Shown here piece after piece: positions 8,609 to 18,300 of a DNA stretch of 22,590 nucleotides. The stretch's first letter is position 1, and every line of letters begins with the position of its first letter. Source of the DNA: a virus (taxonomy: Duplodnaviria > Heunggongvirae > Uroviricota > Caudoviricetes); IMG/VR virus record IMGVR_UViG_3300014970_000006, positions 1 through 22,590 of that record; one strand, written 5' to 3'. Both the position numbers and the translations under genes were made by a program. The notes under the pieces are model-generated. The model did no database searches. It was given only the letters and a program-made list of their open reading frames with translations, and was not told the origin of the DNA.

Positions 8609-8997
8609 AGATGAGTTATTGGGCGCTCATTTTAACGTTTATTGCTTGTATTGCTGGTGGTCTTGTTTGGTCAGCGAATCACTATCATGGAAAGTTTCTG
8701 GAGGAGCAGAAGCGTGCTGACGCTGCGGAACAGCGAGCTGATTCTACTGAGGCTATCACCGCGAATGTTCTGCGTACTATGGCAATAACGAACATCATTC
8801 AGGAGGCGAATCAATATGCAAAACAGCAGATCGCACTGGAGTCACAGAGAACCCAGGAAGATATCAAAGTGGCTGTTGCGGATGATGATTGTGCTTCACG
8901 TCCTGTGCCTGCTGCCGCTGCTGACCGGTTGCGGAAGTACGCGAACAGTTTACGTGAGCATTCCGAAGACTCCACTACCAGTCAGCTTGACTTCTGA
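8605..8997 (+). CDS. Rz-like i-spanin
   Basis: N-terminal transmembrane helix, charged coiled-coil periplasmic domain, directly after the endolysin. Confidence 0.7.
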   Translation: MKMSYWALILTFIACIAGGLVWSANHYHGKFLEEQKRADAAEQRADSTEAITANVLRTMAITNIIQEANQYAKQQIALESQRTQEDIKVAVADDDCASRPVPAAAADRLRKYANSLREHSEDSTTSQLDF

Positions 8998-9130
8998 TAC
9001 ACCTGTACCGTTTATACCCAACCCACTGACGTATGGTGCAAGTCTTGATTTGAATGTAAGTTTGTTATCCGCGTTGGCTCAATGTAATAGGGATAAGTCT
9101 GATATCAGAATCATTGATAATCAAAATTGA
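8882..9130 (+). CDS. Rz1-like o-spanin lipoprotein, overlapping the 3' end of Rz in the +1 frame
   Basis: Signal peptide with lipobox LLTGC, Pro-rich mature region; starts inside Rz and extends past its stop. Confidence 0.65.
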   Translation: MMIVLHVLCLLPLLTGCGSTRTVYVSIPKTPLPVSLTSDTPVPFIPNPLTYGASLDLNVSLLSALAQCNRDKSDIRIIDNQN

Positions 9131-9333
9131 TGTATATTTTTATCGTCATGTAGATAACGAACAAGGTATTCCTCTGATACGTTTCGTTGAATACAGGTCA
9201 TGGGTAGGCATTGCAATATCGCTTCGAAATTATCTGTGATAATGCTCTTAATTTTGAATGTATGTATTTGGGAAAAGAGATAAAGTAATAGTCTAATTAA
9301 TGGAGATATCCACAAAACACAAGAGGGACTATT

Positions 9334-9840
9334 ATGCGACCAGATCAATTTTTCTATCCAGATACTTTTACCTTTAATTCATCCACCTATTATGGTCAAC
9401 GTGACTCATCTAAAGGTCGATTGTATATTCTTATTGAAAGTGACTTATGTCCATTTAATATCGGCGATATCATTGTGCAAAAAATGGTCGACAGGGAAAG
9501 ACTATTTGAAGTGCTTGATTACGAGGTACAAATTAGTCTCGAGGCTGGTTGCCCTGGCTACTCACATTTGGCGGTATTGATAGTGAAGGCATTGGATGTA
9601 AAAGAGAAGCCGAAGCAGATTACGACCCATTTGACGTTTAACGGTGCTATTAATGCTGGTGGTGATTTTCAAGCCGGTAATGACAATTCGATCACAAAGA
9701 ATATAACCATTCAACAACTACATGATGCTATAGAGCATTGCAATGATCCAGAGGTTAAAAGCCTTTGGCAAAAGCTATTGGAAAATCCGACGTTTGCTTC
9801 AATTGCTTCAATATTGGCAAAAAGTGCTTTAGGACAGTAA
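9334..9840 (+). CDS. Moron-encoded 168-aa protein of unknown function
   Basis: AT-rich ORF between the lysis cassette and HNH/terminase; AT-rich 200-bp upstream region; terminator immediately downstream. Confidence 0.6.
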   Translation: MRPDQFFYPDTFTFNSSTYYGQRDSSKGRLYILIESDLCPFNIGDIIVQKMVDRERLFEVLDYEVQISLEAGCPGYSHLAVLIVKALDVKEKPKQITTHLTFNGAINAGGDFQAGNDNSITKNITIQQLHDAIEHCNDPEVKSLWQKLLENPTFASIASILAKSALGQ

Positions 9841-9848
9841 TTCATCAA

Positions 9849-9871
9849 GCCCCATTCAATATGGGGTTTTT
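9849..9871 (+). terminator. Intrinsic terminator after the second moron
   Basis: CCCCAT-TCAAT-ATGGGG hairpin followed by TTTTT. Confidence 0.75.
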
Positions 9872-9897
9872 ATGCTTATTACAAAGAGTTTTCTTCA

Positions 9898-10248
9898 ATG
9901 CCACCACGAACTCCAAAAGCCTGCCGTGTTCGCGGGTGCCGCCGTACCACCACTGACCCGTCAGGTTATTGCGAAAGCCACAAAAGCGAAGGCTGGAAGC
10001 AATACAAGCCAGGACAATCCCGTCATCAGCGCGGCTACGGTTCGAAGTGGGACGTTATCCGCGCGCGTGTGCTGAAACGTGACAAAGGTTTATGTCAGTT
10101 ATGTCTGCGCGCTGGTGTGGTGCGTGAGGCGAAAACTGTTGACCACATCATCCCTAAAGCGCATGGCGGCACTGATGCCGACTGTAATCTGCAGAGTCTG
10201 TGCTGGCCGTGTCATAAGGCGAAGACGGCCCGTGAACGGATTAAGTAA
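9898..10248 (+). CDS. HNH endonuclease (terminase-associated, HK97-like arrangement)
   Basis: CRVRGC...C..H, DHIIPKAHGG, CNLQSLCWPCH motifs; sits immediately upstream of the small terminase. Confidence 0.9.
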   Translation: MPPRTPKACRVRGCRRTTTDPSGYCESHKSEGWKQYKPGQSRHQRGYGSKWDVIRARVLKRDKGLCQLCLRAGVVREAKTVDHIIPKAHGGTDADCNLQSLCWPCHKAKTARERIK

Positions 10249-10373
10249 GAACCAGTTCCCACTGCCAGAGGGGAGGGGCGGGTCAAATCCCTGTGACCTG
10301 ACGTCTTCCGGACTGCCCGCCCCATCGTTTTTTTATACCCGCGAAAAATGAAATTTAACCAGGAGTGCCGCAT

Positions 10374-10868
10374 ATGGCTGGAACGGCGGGGCGTTCCGGG
10401 CGTCGCCCCAAGCCAACGGCGCGCAAGGCGCTGGCCGGAAACCCCGGCAAGCGAGCCCTGAATAAAGATGAACCTGTTTTTACGCCCATCAAAGGTGTTG
10501 AGCCACCGGAGTGGTTCGCAGAAGAAAATCTCCCTCTCGCCACGATCATGTGGCAACTGACAACCAAAGAACTCTGCGGTCAGGGCCTGTTGTGCGTGAC
10601 TGACCTCGCGGTGCTTGAGCGGTGGTGCGTGGCCTATGAGTTCTGGCGACGTGCCGTGAAAAATATTGCCATACAGGGCAACACCATCACCGGTGCAATG
10701 GGCGGCAGGGTCAAAAATCCGGAGCTGACCGCCAAAAAAGAACAGGAGTCCGAGATGAGCAGCACGGGGGCAATGCTCGGACTCGACCCCAGCAGCCGCC
10801 AGCGTCTGATTGGCCTGGCGGGGCAGAAGAAAGCCACTAACCCGTTTCTGAAAATCATCGAGTCATGA
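10374..10868 (+). CDS. Terminase small subunit (P27/HK97-like)
   Basis: Basic N-terminus ([15 protein letters not shown]), size and position before the large terminase; AGGAG RBS 8 nt upstream of ATG at 10374. Confidence 0.8.
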   Translation: MAGTAGRSGRRPKPTARKALAGNPGKRALNKDEPVFTPIKGVEPPEWFAEENLPLATIMWQLTTKELCGQGLLCVTDLAVLERWCVAYEFWRRAVKNIAIQGNTITGAMGGRVKNPELTAKKEQESEMSSTGAMLGLDPSSRQRLIGLAGQKKATNPFLKIIES

Positions 10869-11671
10869 GCCGGAAATCTTACCCCAACGTAAATGCTGCC
10901 AATCAGTATGCCCGTGATGTTGTGCGCGGAAAGATTGTGGCCTGCCAGTTTGTGATTCAGGCCTGCCAGCGCCATCTTGATGACCTGATGGCGGAAAAAA
11001 GTAAGTCGTTTCGTTACCGCTTCGACAAGGACCTGGCTGAACGGGCTGCCAAATTTATTCAGCTGTTGCCGCACACCAAGGGGGAGTGGGCATTCAAGAG
11101 GATGCCCATCACGCTGGAGCCGTGGCAGCTCTTTGTGATCTGCTGTGCGTTTGGCTGGGTCAATAAAGGCTCCCGGCTGCGCCGCTTCCGGGAGGTGTAT
11201 ACCGAAATCCCCCGTAAGAACGGCAAATCGGCAATCTCTGCCGGTGTTGCCCTGTATTGTTTTGCCTGTGATAACGAGTTTGGCGCGGAAGTGTATTCCG
11301 GTGCCACGACAGAGAAACAGGCGTGGGAAGTCTTTCGCCCGGCGCGACTGATGTGTAAACGCACACCCATGCTGACGGAAGCGTTCGGGATTGAGGTTAA
11401 CGCCTCAAACATGAACCGTCCGGAGGATGGCGCGCGGTTTGAACCGCTGATCGGTAACCCCGGTGATGGTTCATCACCCCACTGTGCCGTGGTGGATGAA
11501 TATCACGAGCACGCCACCGATGCGCTTTATACCACGATGCTTACCGGGATGGGCGCGCGACGTCAGCCACTGATGTGGGCCATCACCACCGCCGGGTACA
11601 ACATTGAGGGGCCGTGCTACGACAAGCGGCGGGAAGTTATCGAGATGCTCAACGGTTCGGTATGTTTCTGA
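10865..11671 (+). pseudogene. Terminase large subunit, N-terminal ATPase domain only (3'-truncated by deletion)
   Basis: Walker A-like [10 protein letters not shown] and Walker B-like [10 protein letters not shown] present; ORF stops after 268 aa with no nuclease domain; a Mu N-like reading frame follows. Confidence 0.8.
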
Positions 11672-11675
11672 TGCG

Positions 11676-12461
11676 ATGAAAGTGGTGGATTCTGCCGTAT
11701 CGGATGCCGCCAGGCTGTTGCAGGGGGATATCTCGGTACTTCTGCCGCCGCCATCGTCAGGCAAAAATTTCGTTGAGCAGGTGCAGAAAATGTGGCGTAC
11801 CGGGAAACGCCTTTATGGTAACGCCAGCGACCTGGTCACCATGATCAAAACGCTTTCCGGTGTCAGCCTCGGCAGCGATCTGCAACCGCGCGGCGTCTGG
11901 AAAACGGACAGTAAAACCACCGCCACGGCGACGCAGCAGCGTAACGTGGTTGCCAGCACCCTTCGTACGACCGCAATCAGCGAAGCGGCGTATGCCGTCA
12001 CCCGATTGCCTGCGCCAACAACTTCCGCGGTGATGCAGAATTCCGCAGTGGGGCAGGCAACAACACCCGCGCAGAGCACTGGCTGGCCTTCCATCACGCA
12101 TCCGGCACTGAACAATGCACCGGCGGTGAAAAACACGGTTGACCTGCCGACGTGGGAAGAACTGACTGACATTCGCGACACACTGAATACGGCAATTGAT
12201 AAGGAGTTGTCCCGTACAACCAGCGATGCGCTGTTTCTGGCGCTGCGCCGGGTGAAAGCAGATCTGAATGCGGATATCAACACGCGCCTTGAACAGTCTG
12301 CACGGATCATTCAGCGCACACCGGATGAGGTTTTACCCGCGCTGGTGCTGGCGGCGACCTGGTTTGATAACGCGGCGCGTGACGCGGACATTATCCGGCG
12401 TAATGCCATTACGCATCCCGGCTTTGTGCCGGTGATCCCTCTGAAGGTGCCAGTGCAATGA
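11676..12461 (+). pseudogene. Mu gpN-like (DNA circulation protein) C-terminal fragment
   Basis: Directly precedes a Mu-like baseplate block in Mu gene order; too short for a full-length N; starts at the deletion junction. Confidence 0.55.
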
Positions 12462-13537
12462 ACGACAATGTCACGCTACGGGTAAATGGCCGGGAGTGGA
12501 ATGGCTGGACATCGGTGCGCATCGGTGCCGGTATTGAACGGCTGGCGCGGGATTTCAGTGTGGAGATCACCCGCCAGTGGCCGGGAGATGAGGGTATCAC
12601 CACGCTTCAGCCGCGCATTAAAAACGGTTCAAAAGTGGAGGTGCTGATTGGTGATGAGCTGGTGATCACCGGCTGGGGGGAGGCGACGCCCGTTCGTTAC
12701 GATGCCCGTTCGGTCAGCACCGGTATTGCCGGACGCAGTCTGACCGCTGACCTGATTGACTGTGCAGCCGAACCGACACAGTTTAATGGACGATCGCTGG
12801 TACAGATTGCGCAGGCGCTTGCTGCGCCTTTCGGCATTGAGGTGGTGAACAACGGTGCGCCGTCGGGTGTTATTCCTGATGTCCAGCCTGATCACGGTGA
12901 AACGGTGATTGAGGTAATCAACAAAATACTCGGTCAGCAGCAGGCACTGGCTTACGACGACCCGCACGGCAGGCTGGTGATTGGCGGTATTGGCTCAACG
13001 CGGGCACATACTGCGCTGGTACTCGGGGAAAACATCCTTTCCTGCGATACGGAGAAGAGTATCCGGGAGCGGTTTTCTGTTTACCAGGTGGCGGGGCAGC
13101 GTGCCGGAAACGACGATGATTTCGGTGAGGCCACCACCACCGCGCTGCGGGCCCGCACAGAGGACGCATTTATTGCCCGTTACCGTCCGATGTATATCAG
13201 GCAGACAGGGCAGGCTACGGGGGCAGGCTGTATTGCCCGTGCGGACTTTGAAGCCCGACAACGGGCGGCGCGGACGGATGAAACCACCTATGTGGTGCAG
13301 GGCTGGCGACAGGGTAACGGTACGCTGTGGCAGCCCAACCAGCGGGTGATTGTCTTTGATCCGGTCTGTGGTTTCGACAATACCGAACTGCTTGTTTCGG
13401 AAGTCACGTTTACTCAGGACCAGAACGGCACCCTGACGGAAATCCGTGTCGGCCCACCTGATGCTTATCTGCCTGAACCCGAAGCCCCCAGCGCGCGGAA
13501 AAAGAAAAAAGCCAGAGTACAGGAGGACCCGTTCTGA
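12458..13537 (+). CDS. Baseplate hub protein (Mu gp44 / P2 gpD family)
   Basis: 359 aa; position and order within the Mu-like baseplate module; ATGA overlaps. Confidence 0.7.
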   Translation: MNDNVTLRVNGREWNGWTSVRIGAGIERLARDFSVEITRQWPGDEGITTLQPRIKNGSKVEVLIGDELVITGWGEATPVRYDARSVSTGIAGRSLTADLIDCAAEPTQFNGRSLVQIAQALAAPFGIEVVNNGAPSGVIPDVQPDHGETVIEVINKILGQQQALAYDDPHGRLVIGGIGSTRAHTALVLGENILSCDTEKSIRERFSVYQVAGQRAGNDDDFGEATTTALRARTEDAFIARYRPMYIRQTGQATGAGCIARADFEARQRAARTDETTYVVQGWRQGNGTLWQPNQRVIVFDPVCGFDNTELLVSEVTFTQDQNGTLTEIRVGPPDAYLPEPEAPSARKKKKARVQEDPF

Positions 13538-14085
13538 TGAGGACGATTGAAGCCATGCAGCGACAACTCCTCGGCCTGATTGGGCGGGCCGTGGTGAAAA
13601 GCATCAGTGCCGCCACGAAATGTCAGACCGTGGATGTGTCCCTGATTGCCGGTGAACCCAAAGCCGGGGTTGAACATCTTGAACCCTACGGTTTTACCTC
13701 AAGGGCAAACAGCGGTGCGGAAGCGGTGGTGTTGTTTCCGGATGGCGACCGTTCTCATGCGGTGGTTGTTACGGTGTCGGACCGGCGCTACCGCCTGAAA
13801 GGGCTGCAGACGGGTGAGGTGGCTGTCTATGACGATCAGGGGCAGTCCGTGACGCTGACCCGGGAGGGGATCGTGGTGGACGGTGCAGGTAAAACGATCA
13901 CGTTTCGCAATTCACCTAAAGCGCGTTTTGAAATGGACCTGGAAGTGACCGGACAGGTGAAAGACCTGTGCGACTCCGGCGGCACCACCATGTCAGCGAT
14001 GCGGCTTGCCTATAACGGCCATCGTCACAGAGAGAACGGTCAGGGCAGTAACACCGACAAACCGGATAAAGCGATGGAGGCATGA
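13537..14085 (+). CDS. Baseplate spike / assembly protein V-like (Mu gp45)
   Basis: 182 aa; gene order and size. Confidence 0.7.
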   Translation: MRTIEAMQRQLLGLIGRAVVKSISAATKCQTVDVSLIAGEPKAGVEHLEPYGFTSRANSGAEAVVLFPDGDRSHAVVVTVSDRRYRLKGLQTGEVAVYDDQGQSVTLTREGIVVDGAGKTITFRNSPKARFEMDLEVTGQVKDLCDSGGTTMSAMRLAYNGHRHRENGQGSNTDKPDKAMEA

Positions 14086-14510
14086 TGGAACTGTGGCTGA
14101 CGGTGAACGGTAAACGCACCTGCGCCAGCGCACCGCTGGATCCGCTGACCCGCGCCGTGGTGATTTCCCTGTTCACCTGGCGGCGGGCGGAGCCTGATGA
14201 TAATGCCGACGTCCCGATGGGATGGTGGGGGGATACCTGGCCTGCGGTACAGAATGACCGTTACGGCTCCCGACTGTGGCTGCTTCAGCGCAGCAAACTG
14301 ACCAATCAGCTGGTGCAGACGGTAAGGGGGTATATCCGCGAATGCCTGCAATGGATGACTGATGACGGCGTGGTGTCCCGTATTGATCTGGATATCCGCC
14401 GCACCGGGATTAATGAACTGGGTAACAGTATCACTCTCTGGCGTCGTGACGGACCGGTAATGATTTCTTTTGATGATCTGTGGAGTGCGATAACGCATGG
14501 CGGACAGTGA
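14082..14510 (+). CDS. Mu gp46-like baseplate protein (P2 gpW-like)
   Basis: 142 aa; gene order and size. Confidence 0.65.
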   Translation: MMELWLTVNGKRTCASAPLDPLTRAVVISLFTWRRAEPDDNADVPMGWWGDTWPAVQNDRYGSRLWLLQRSKLTNQLVQTVRGYIRECLQWMTDDGVVSRIDLDIRRTGINELGNSITLWRRDGPVMISFDDLWSAITHGGQ

Positions 14511-15555
14511 ATTTCAGCGCCCGACGCTGGCAGAAAATATCAGTATGCTCCGTAACGATTTATTCGCCAGGCTGGACGTCAGCGACACGCTCCGGCGCAT
14601 GGATGAAGACGTGCGGGCAAAGGTGTATGCGGCGGCGCTGCATACGGTTTACGGTTACATCGATTATCTGGCAATGAACATGCTGCCTGACCTGTGCGAT
14701 GAGTCCTGGCTGGCGCGACATGCTGCGATGAAACGGTGTCCGCGCAAGGGGGCCACGGCTGCCAGCGGGTATATGCGCTGGGAAGGTGTCAGCGATGGCC
14801 TGAAGGTGACTGCCGGGAGTGTTATTCAGCGCGATGACCTGGTTCAGTACACGGCAACTGCCGATGCAACCAGCTCCGGTGGTGTCCTGCGCGTGCCGAT
14901 CGCCTGCTCAAGTGCAGGTGCGGTCGGTAACGCTGACGACGGTACGGCATTAATCCTGGTCACGCCGGTGAATGGTCTGCCGTCTTCCGGTGTGGCTGAC
15001 ACCCTGACAGGCGGATTTGATACTGAAGAGCTGGAAACGTGGCGCGCCCGCGTCATTGAGCGGTATTACTGGACGCCTCAGGGCGGGGCTGACGGGGACT
15101 ATGTCGTCTGGGCTAAAGAAGTGCCCGGCATTACCCGCGCATGGACATACCGTCACTGGATGGGAACGGGAACTGTCGGTGTGATGATTGCCAGCAGTGA
15201 CCTGATTAATCCCATTCCGGAAGAATCAACGGAAACGGCGGCAAGACAACATATTGAGCCACTGGCCCCGGTGGCAGGCTCTGATTTGTATGTGTTCAGG
15301 CCGGTGGCACATACGGTGGATTTTCATATCCGTGTGACGCCGGACACACCGGAAATACGGGCTGCCATCACCGCGGAGTTGCGTTCGTTCCTGCTGCGTG
15401 ATGGTTATCCGCAGGGAGAACTGAAGGTATCGCGTATCAGTGAGGCGATTTCCGGTGCGAACGGGGAATACAGCCATCAGTTGCTTGCACCGGCAGACAA
15501 TATCTCCATTGCAAAAAATGAACTGGCGGTTCTGGGGACGATTTCATGGACGTGA
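14497..15555 (+). CDS. Baseplate J-like wedge protein (Mu gp47)
   Basis: 352 aa; gene order and size. Confidence 0.8.
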   Translation: MADSEFQRPTLAENISMLRNDLFARLDVSDTLRRMDEDVRAKVYAAALHTVYGYIDYLAMNMLPDLCDESWLARHAAMKRCPRKGATAASGYMRWEGVSDGLKVTAGSVIQRDDLVQYTATADATSSGGVLRVPIACSSAGAVGNADDGTALILVTPVNGLPSSGVADTLTGGFDTEELETWRARVIERYYWTPQGGADGDYVVWAKEVPGITRAWTYRHWMGTGTVGVMIASSDLINPIPEESTETAARQHIEPLAPVAGSDLYVFRPVAHTVDFHIRVTPDTPEIRAAITAELRSFLLRDGYPQGELKVSRISEAISGANGEYSHQLLAPADNISIAKNELAVLGTISWT

Positions 15556-16130
15556 CAAACGATGATTACATCCGTCTGTTGTCGGCACTGCTGCCGCCCG
15601 GTCCGGCGTGGTCAGCCAGCGATCCGGCGATTGCAGGTGCGGCACCGTCATTAACCCGTGTTCATCAGCGTGCGGATGCCCTGATGCGGGAGCTGGATCC
15701 GCGCACCACCACTGAACTGATAAACCGCTGGGAGCGTCTGTGCGGTCTGCCGGATGAATGTATTCCCGCAGGGACACAGACCCTTCGCCAGCGTCAGCAA
15801 CGGCTGGATGCGAAGGTTAATCTGGCGGGCGGCATCAATGAGGATTTTTATCTTGCACAGCTTGCTGCCCTGGGCAGACCAGACGCCACTATCACGCGAT
15901 ACGATAAAAGCACGTTCACCTGCTCATCGGCCTGTACTGACGCAGTGAATGCGCCGGAATGGCGGTATTACTGGCAGGTCAACATGCCAGCCGCCACCAA
16001 CACCACCTGGATGACATGTGGCGATCCCTGTGATTCCGCACTGCGTATCTGGGGCGACACCGTTGTCGAGTGCGTGCTTAACAAACTCTGCCCGTCGCAT
16101 ACCTACGTAATTTTTAAATATCCGGAGTAA
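15546..16130 (+). CDS. Mu gp48 / P2 gpI-like tail protein
   Basis: 194 aa; gene order and size. Confidence 0.7.
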   Translation: MDVTNDDYIRLLSALLPPGPAWSASDPAIAGAAPSLTRVHQRADALMRELDPRTTTELINRWERLCGLPDECIPAGTQTLRQRQQRLDAKVNLAGGINEDFYLAQLAALGRPDATITRYDKSTFTCSSACTDAVNAPEWRYYWQVNMPAATNTTWMTCGDPCDSALRIWGDTVVECVLNKLCPSHTYVIFKYPE

Positions 16131-16133
16131 TCC

Positions 16134-16883
16134 ATGCATCGTATAGACACGAAAACCGCGCAGAAGGATAAGTTCGGCGCGGGTAAGAACGGTTTTACCC
16201 GTGGTAACCCCCAGACCGGCACACCTGCCACCGATCTGGATGATGACTACTTTGACATGTTGCAGGAGGAGCTTTGCAGCGTTGTGGAGGCATCCGGTGC
16301 CAGCCTGGAGAAGGGGCGGCACGACCAGCTGCTTACCGCGCTTCGTGCGCTGCTGTTAAGCCGCAAGAATCCGTTTGGTGATATCAAATCGGATGGCACG
16401 GTGAAAACGGCTCTCGAAAACCTTGGTTTGGGAGAAGGCTCTGCATTACCTGTTGGTGTCCCTGTTCCGTGGCCTTCAGCCACTCCGCCAACAGGCTGGC
16501 TGAAATGCAATGGTGCGGCTTTTTCTGCTGAAGAATACCCGGAACTGGCAAAAGTTTACCCGACAAATAAATTGCCTGATTTACGTGGTGAGTTTATTCG
16601 CGGCTGGGATGACGGAAGAGGAATTGATACTAACCGTAGCTTGCTTTCATCACAGGGCGATGCCATTCGAAATATAATTGGTGCATTAGTGGATGTCAGG
16701 TTTAATACCTATCCTTCTGATTCTGGTGCTTTTACAACCAGCGTCATCGGAGATGCTTCATCTGATTCAATTAAAGGTGGTTATGCAAAGCGAGTAACAT
16801 TTGATGCTTCCAGAGTTGTTCCAACTGCAAACGAAAACCGTCCGCGTAATATTGCATTTAACTATATCGTGAGGGCAGCCTGA
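16134..16883 (+). CDS. Tail fibre protein: constant N-terminus fused to the currently expressed variable C-terminus
   Basis: Tail-collar-like segment [23 protein letters not shown]...[19 protein letters not shown]; the crossover site lies inside the gene at 16416-16437. Confidence 0.8.
   Translation: MHRIDTKTAQKDKFGAGKNGFTRGNPQTGTPATDLDDDYFDMLQEELCSVVEASGASLEKGRHDQLLTALRALLLSRKNPFGDIKSDGTVKTALENLGLGEGSALPVGVPVPWPSATPPTGWLKCNGAAFSAEEYPELAKVYPTNKLPDLRGEFIRGWDDGRGIDTNRSLLSSQGDAIRNIIGALVDVRFNTYPSDSGAFTTSVIGDASSDSIKGGYAKRVTFDASRVVPTANENRPRNIAFNYIVRAA
16416..16437. repeat. Left hix/gix-like crossover site of the invertible segment
   Basis: GAAAACC-TT-GGTTTGGGAGAAG; inverted copy at 18220-18241. 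Confidence 0.75.
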
Positions 16884-17485
16884 TGCATAAAGCAATATTA
16901 AATAGTGAGCTTATTGCAACAAAGGCAGGGGATGTTACCGTTTATAACTACGATGGTGAAACACGGGAATATATTTCCACGTCAACTGAATATCTTGCTG
17001 TTGGTGTCGGTATTCCGGCATGTTCCTGTCTTGATGCACCTGGCATACATAAGGTTGGTTATGCAATCTGTCGTTCTGTGAATTTAAATTCATGGGAATA
17101 TGTGCCAGATCATCGCGGTGAAATCGTCTATAGCACCGAAACAGGAGAATCGAAAGAAATCACAGCTCCGGGTGATTATCCTGAAAATACAACCACTATC
17201 GCCCCGTTAACGCCATACGATGAATGGAATGGTGAGAAATGGGTGACAGATACCGAGGCACAGCACGGCGCAGCAGTAGATGCAGCAGAAGCACAGCGCC
17301 CGTTGCTGATTGATACTGCAATGGCCTCCATCAGTCTGATTCAACTGAAATTACAGGCCGGACGGAAGCTGACGCAGGCAGAAACAATCCGCCTTAACGC
17401 TGTGCTGGATTACATTGACGCGGTGACGGCAACAGATACCAGCACAGCGCCGGACGTCATCTGGCCTGAACTGCCGGAGGCGTAG
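16883..17485 (+). CDS. Tail fibre assembly protein (Tfa), active orientation
   Basis: 200 aa; C-terminal ...LDYIDAVTATDTSTAPDVIWPELP typical of Tfa chaperones. Confidence 0.8.
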   Translation: MHKAILNSELIATKAGDVTVYNYDGETREYISTSTEYLAVGVGIPACSCLDAPGIHKVGYAICRSVNLNSWEYVPDHRGEIVYSTETGESKEITAPGDYPENTTTIAPLTPYDEWNGEKWVTDTEAQHGAAVDAAEAQRPLLIDTAMASISLIQLKLQAGRKLTQAETIRLNAVLDYIDAVTATDTSTAPDVIWPELPEA

Positions 17486-17900
17486 GCCATTCAATATCTG
17501 GCGCACCGGAAGTATCGACCAGTTCCAGTGCGTCCAGATAATCCAGCCACAAATTATATTGCGCCAGTTCCTCACCTTTCAGACGACCAATTGATGCTTT
17601 ACCTGGCCATTGTTTACTGTTGATGTATTCGTTGGCCTGGTTAATCAATTGCTGCTTTTTAGTTTCGGCTGATGCAATTTGTTCTTCACGTGTTGGTGGA
17701 GGAATATCTGCCCATGCAGGCAGCCCATCCTCTCCGACACATCTGTATTTTCCTTCTGGTGGTGTATCATAGAAATATTCCCTGAAAATTACTTCGTCTA
17801 TATCAACACCTTTTTCTTCAGGCCATTCACCTTTTTCAACATAAAGAGACTGAAGTTCGTAAGGATATGCCAGGTTGTTTACGTACAGATATTTCATCAT
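17457..17900 (-). CDS. Alternative tail fibre assembly protein (Tfa'), inverted orientation
   Basis: 147 aa; C-terminal ...LDYLDALELVDTSGAPDIEWPTPP parallels the Tfa C-terminus. Confidence 0.75.
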   Translation of the reverse strand: MMKYLYVNNLAYPYELQSLYVEKGEWPEEKGVDIDEVIFREYFYDTPPEGKYRCVGEDGLPAWADIPPPTREEQIASAETKKQQLINQANEYINSKQWPGKASIGRLKGEELAQYNLWLDYLDALELVDTSGAPDIEWPTPPAVQAR

Positions 17901-18220
17901 TACCAGCCCTTAGCGAAAAACGCACCACCTTCAAGACCATAATTGCAGTGAGCTATGAAGCCGGTAGTGCTCCAATTGGTCGCCCCCCACATATTCCCGC
18001 CCCCGAAACCACCATCGCACACAATTACAATGCCCGGTGTCTGTGTAAATGGAATCGGGAATGAAACATTGGCGGATACAGGCCCGTGTTCACCAGGAAA
18101 ACTAATTCGTCCCCACTGTTCAATTGAACCATCTGGCATTTTTCGCCAGCCTGAACCTGATGCATATGATGACATATCAGGTATCTGATTTTCCCCTGTT
18201 CCCACATTTCGTTTTGCCGC
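17900..18220 (-). CDS. Alternative tail fibre variable C-terminal segment, promoterless until inversion
   Basis: Reading frame runs through the right crossover site; Gly-rich fibre-tip-like sequence; no independent start expected. Confidence 0.6.
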   Translation of the reverse strand, partial: AAKRNVGTGENQIPDMSSYASGSGWRKMPDGSIEQWGRISFPGEHGPVSANVSFPIPFTQTPGIVIVCDGGFGGGNMWGATNWSTTGFIAHCNYGLEGGAFFAKGW

Positions 18221-18241
18221 TTCTCCCAAACCAACGTTTAT
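18220..18241. repeat. Right hix/gix-like crossover site
   Basis: Reverse complement reads AAACGTTGGTTTGGGAGAAG, matching the left site over about 20 nt. Confidence 0.75.
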
Positions 18242-18300
18242 GAAAATGCAGAAATAACGAGCAAATGGCATCATTCCTGCTTTTGTCAGGGAGATCTACC

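Larger units (their letters stand above)
16416..18241. other. Invertible tail-fibre host-range segment (Mu G / e14 P-type)
   Basis: Bounded by inverted hix-like sites; contains two oppositely oriented sets of tail-fibre C-terminus plus assembly gene; invertase gene directly downstream. Confidence 0.8.

Noticed and set aside
9121-9348. 75-aa minus-strand ORF in the AT-rich region upstream of the second moron
   Set aside because: Lies in a promoter-like AT-rich intergenic region, no convincing RBS, antisense to the expected promoter; likely chance ORF.
11813-12310. 165-aa minus-strand ORF, and similar antisense ORFs (e.g. 12629..12967, 14040..14498, 15924..16322) within the tail module
   Set aside because: Shadow ORFs antisense to well-supported GC-rich tail genes; no independent signals.
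10865-12461. Possibility that the large terminase is intact but frameshifted
   Set aside because: The downstream frames do not encode a terminase nuclease domain; the next reading frame matches a Mu N-like tail-module protein instead, indicating deletion.
17900-18274. Treating the 124-aa minus-strand ORF as an independent gene starting at 18274
   Set aside because: Its 5' end crosses the hix-like site; the predicted Met lies outside the invertible segment, so the segment is better read as a promoterless alternative fibre C-terminus.
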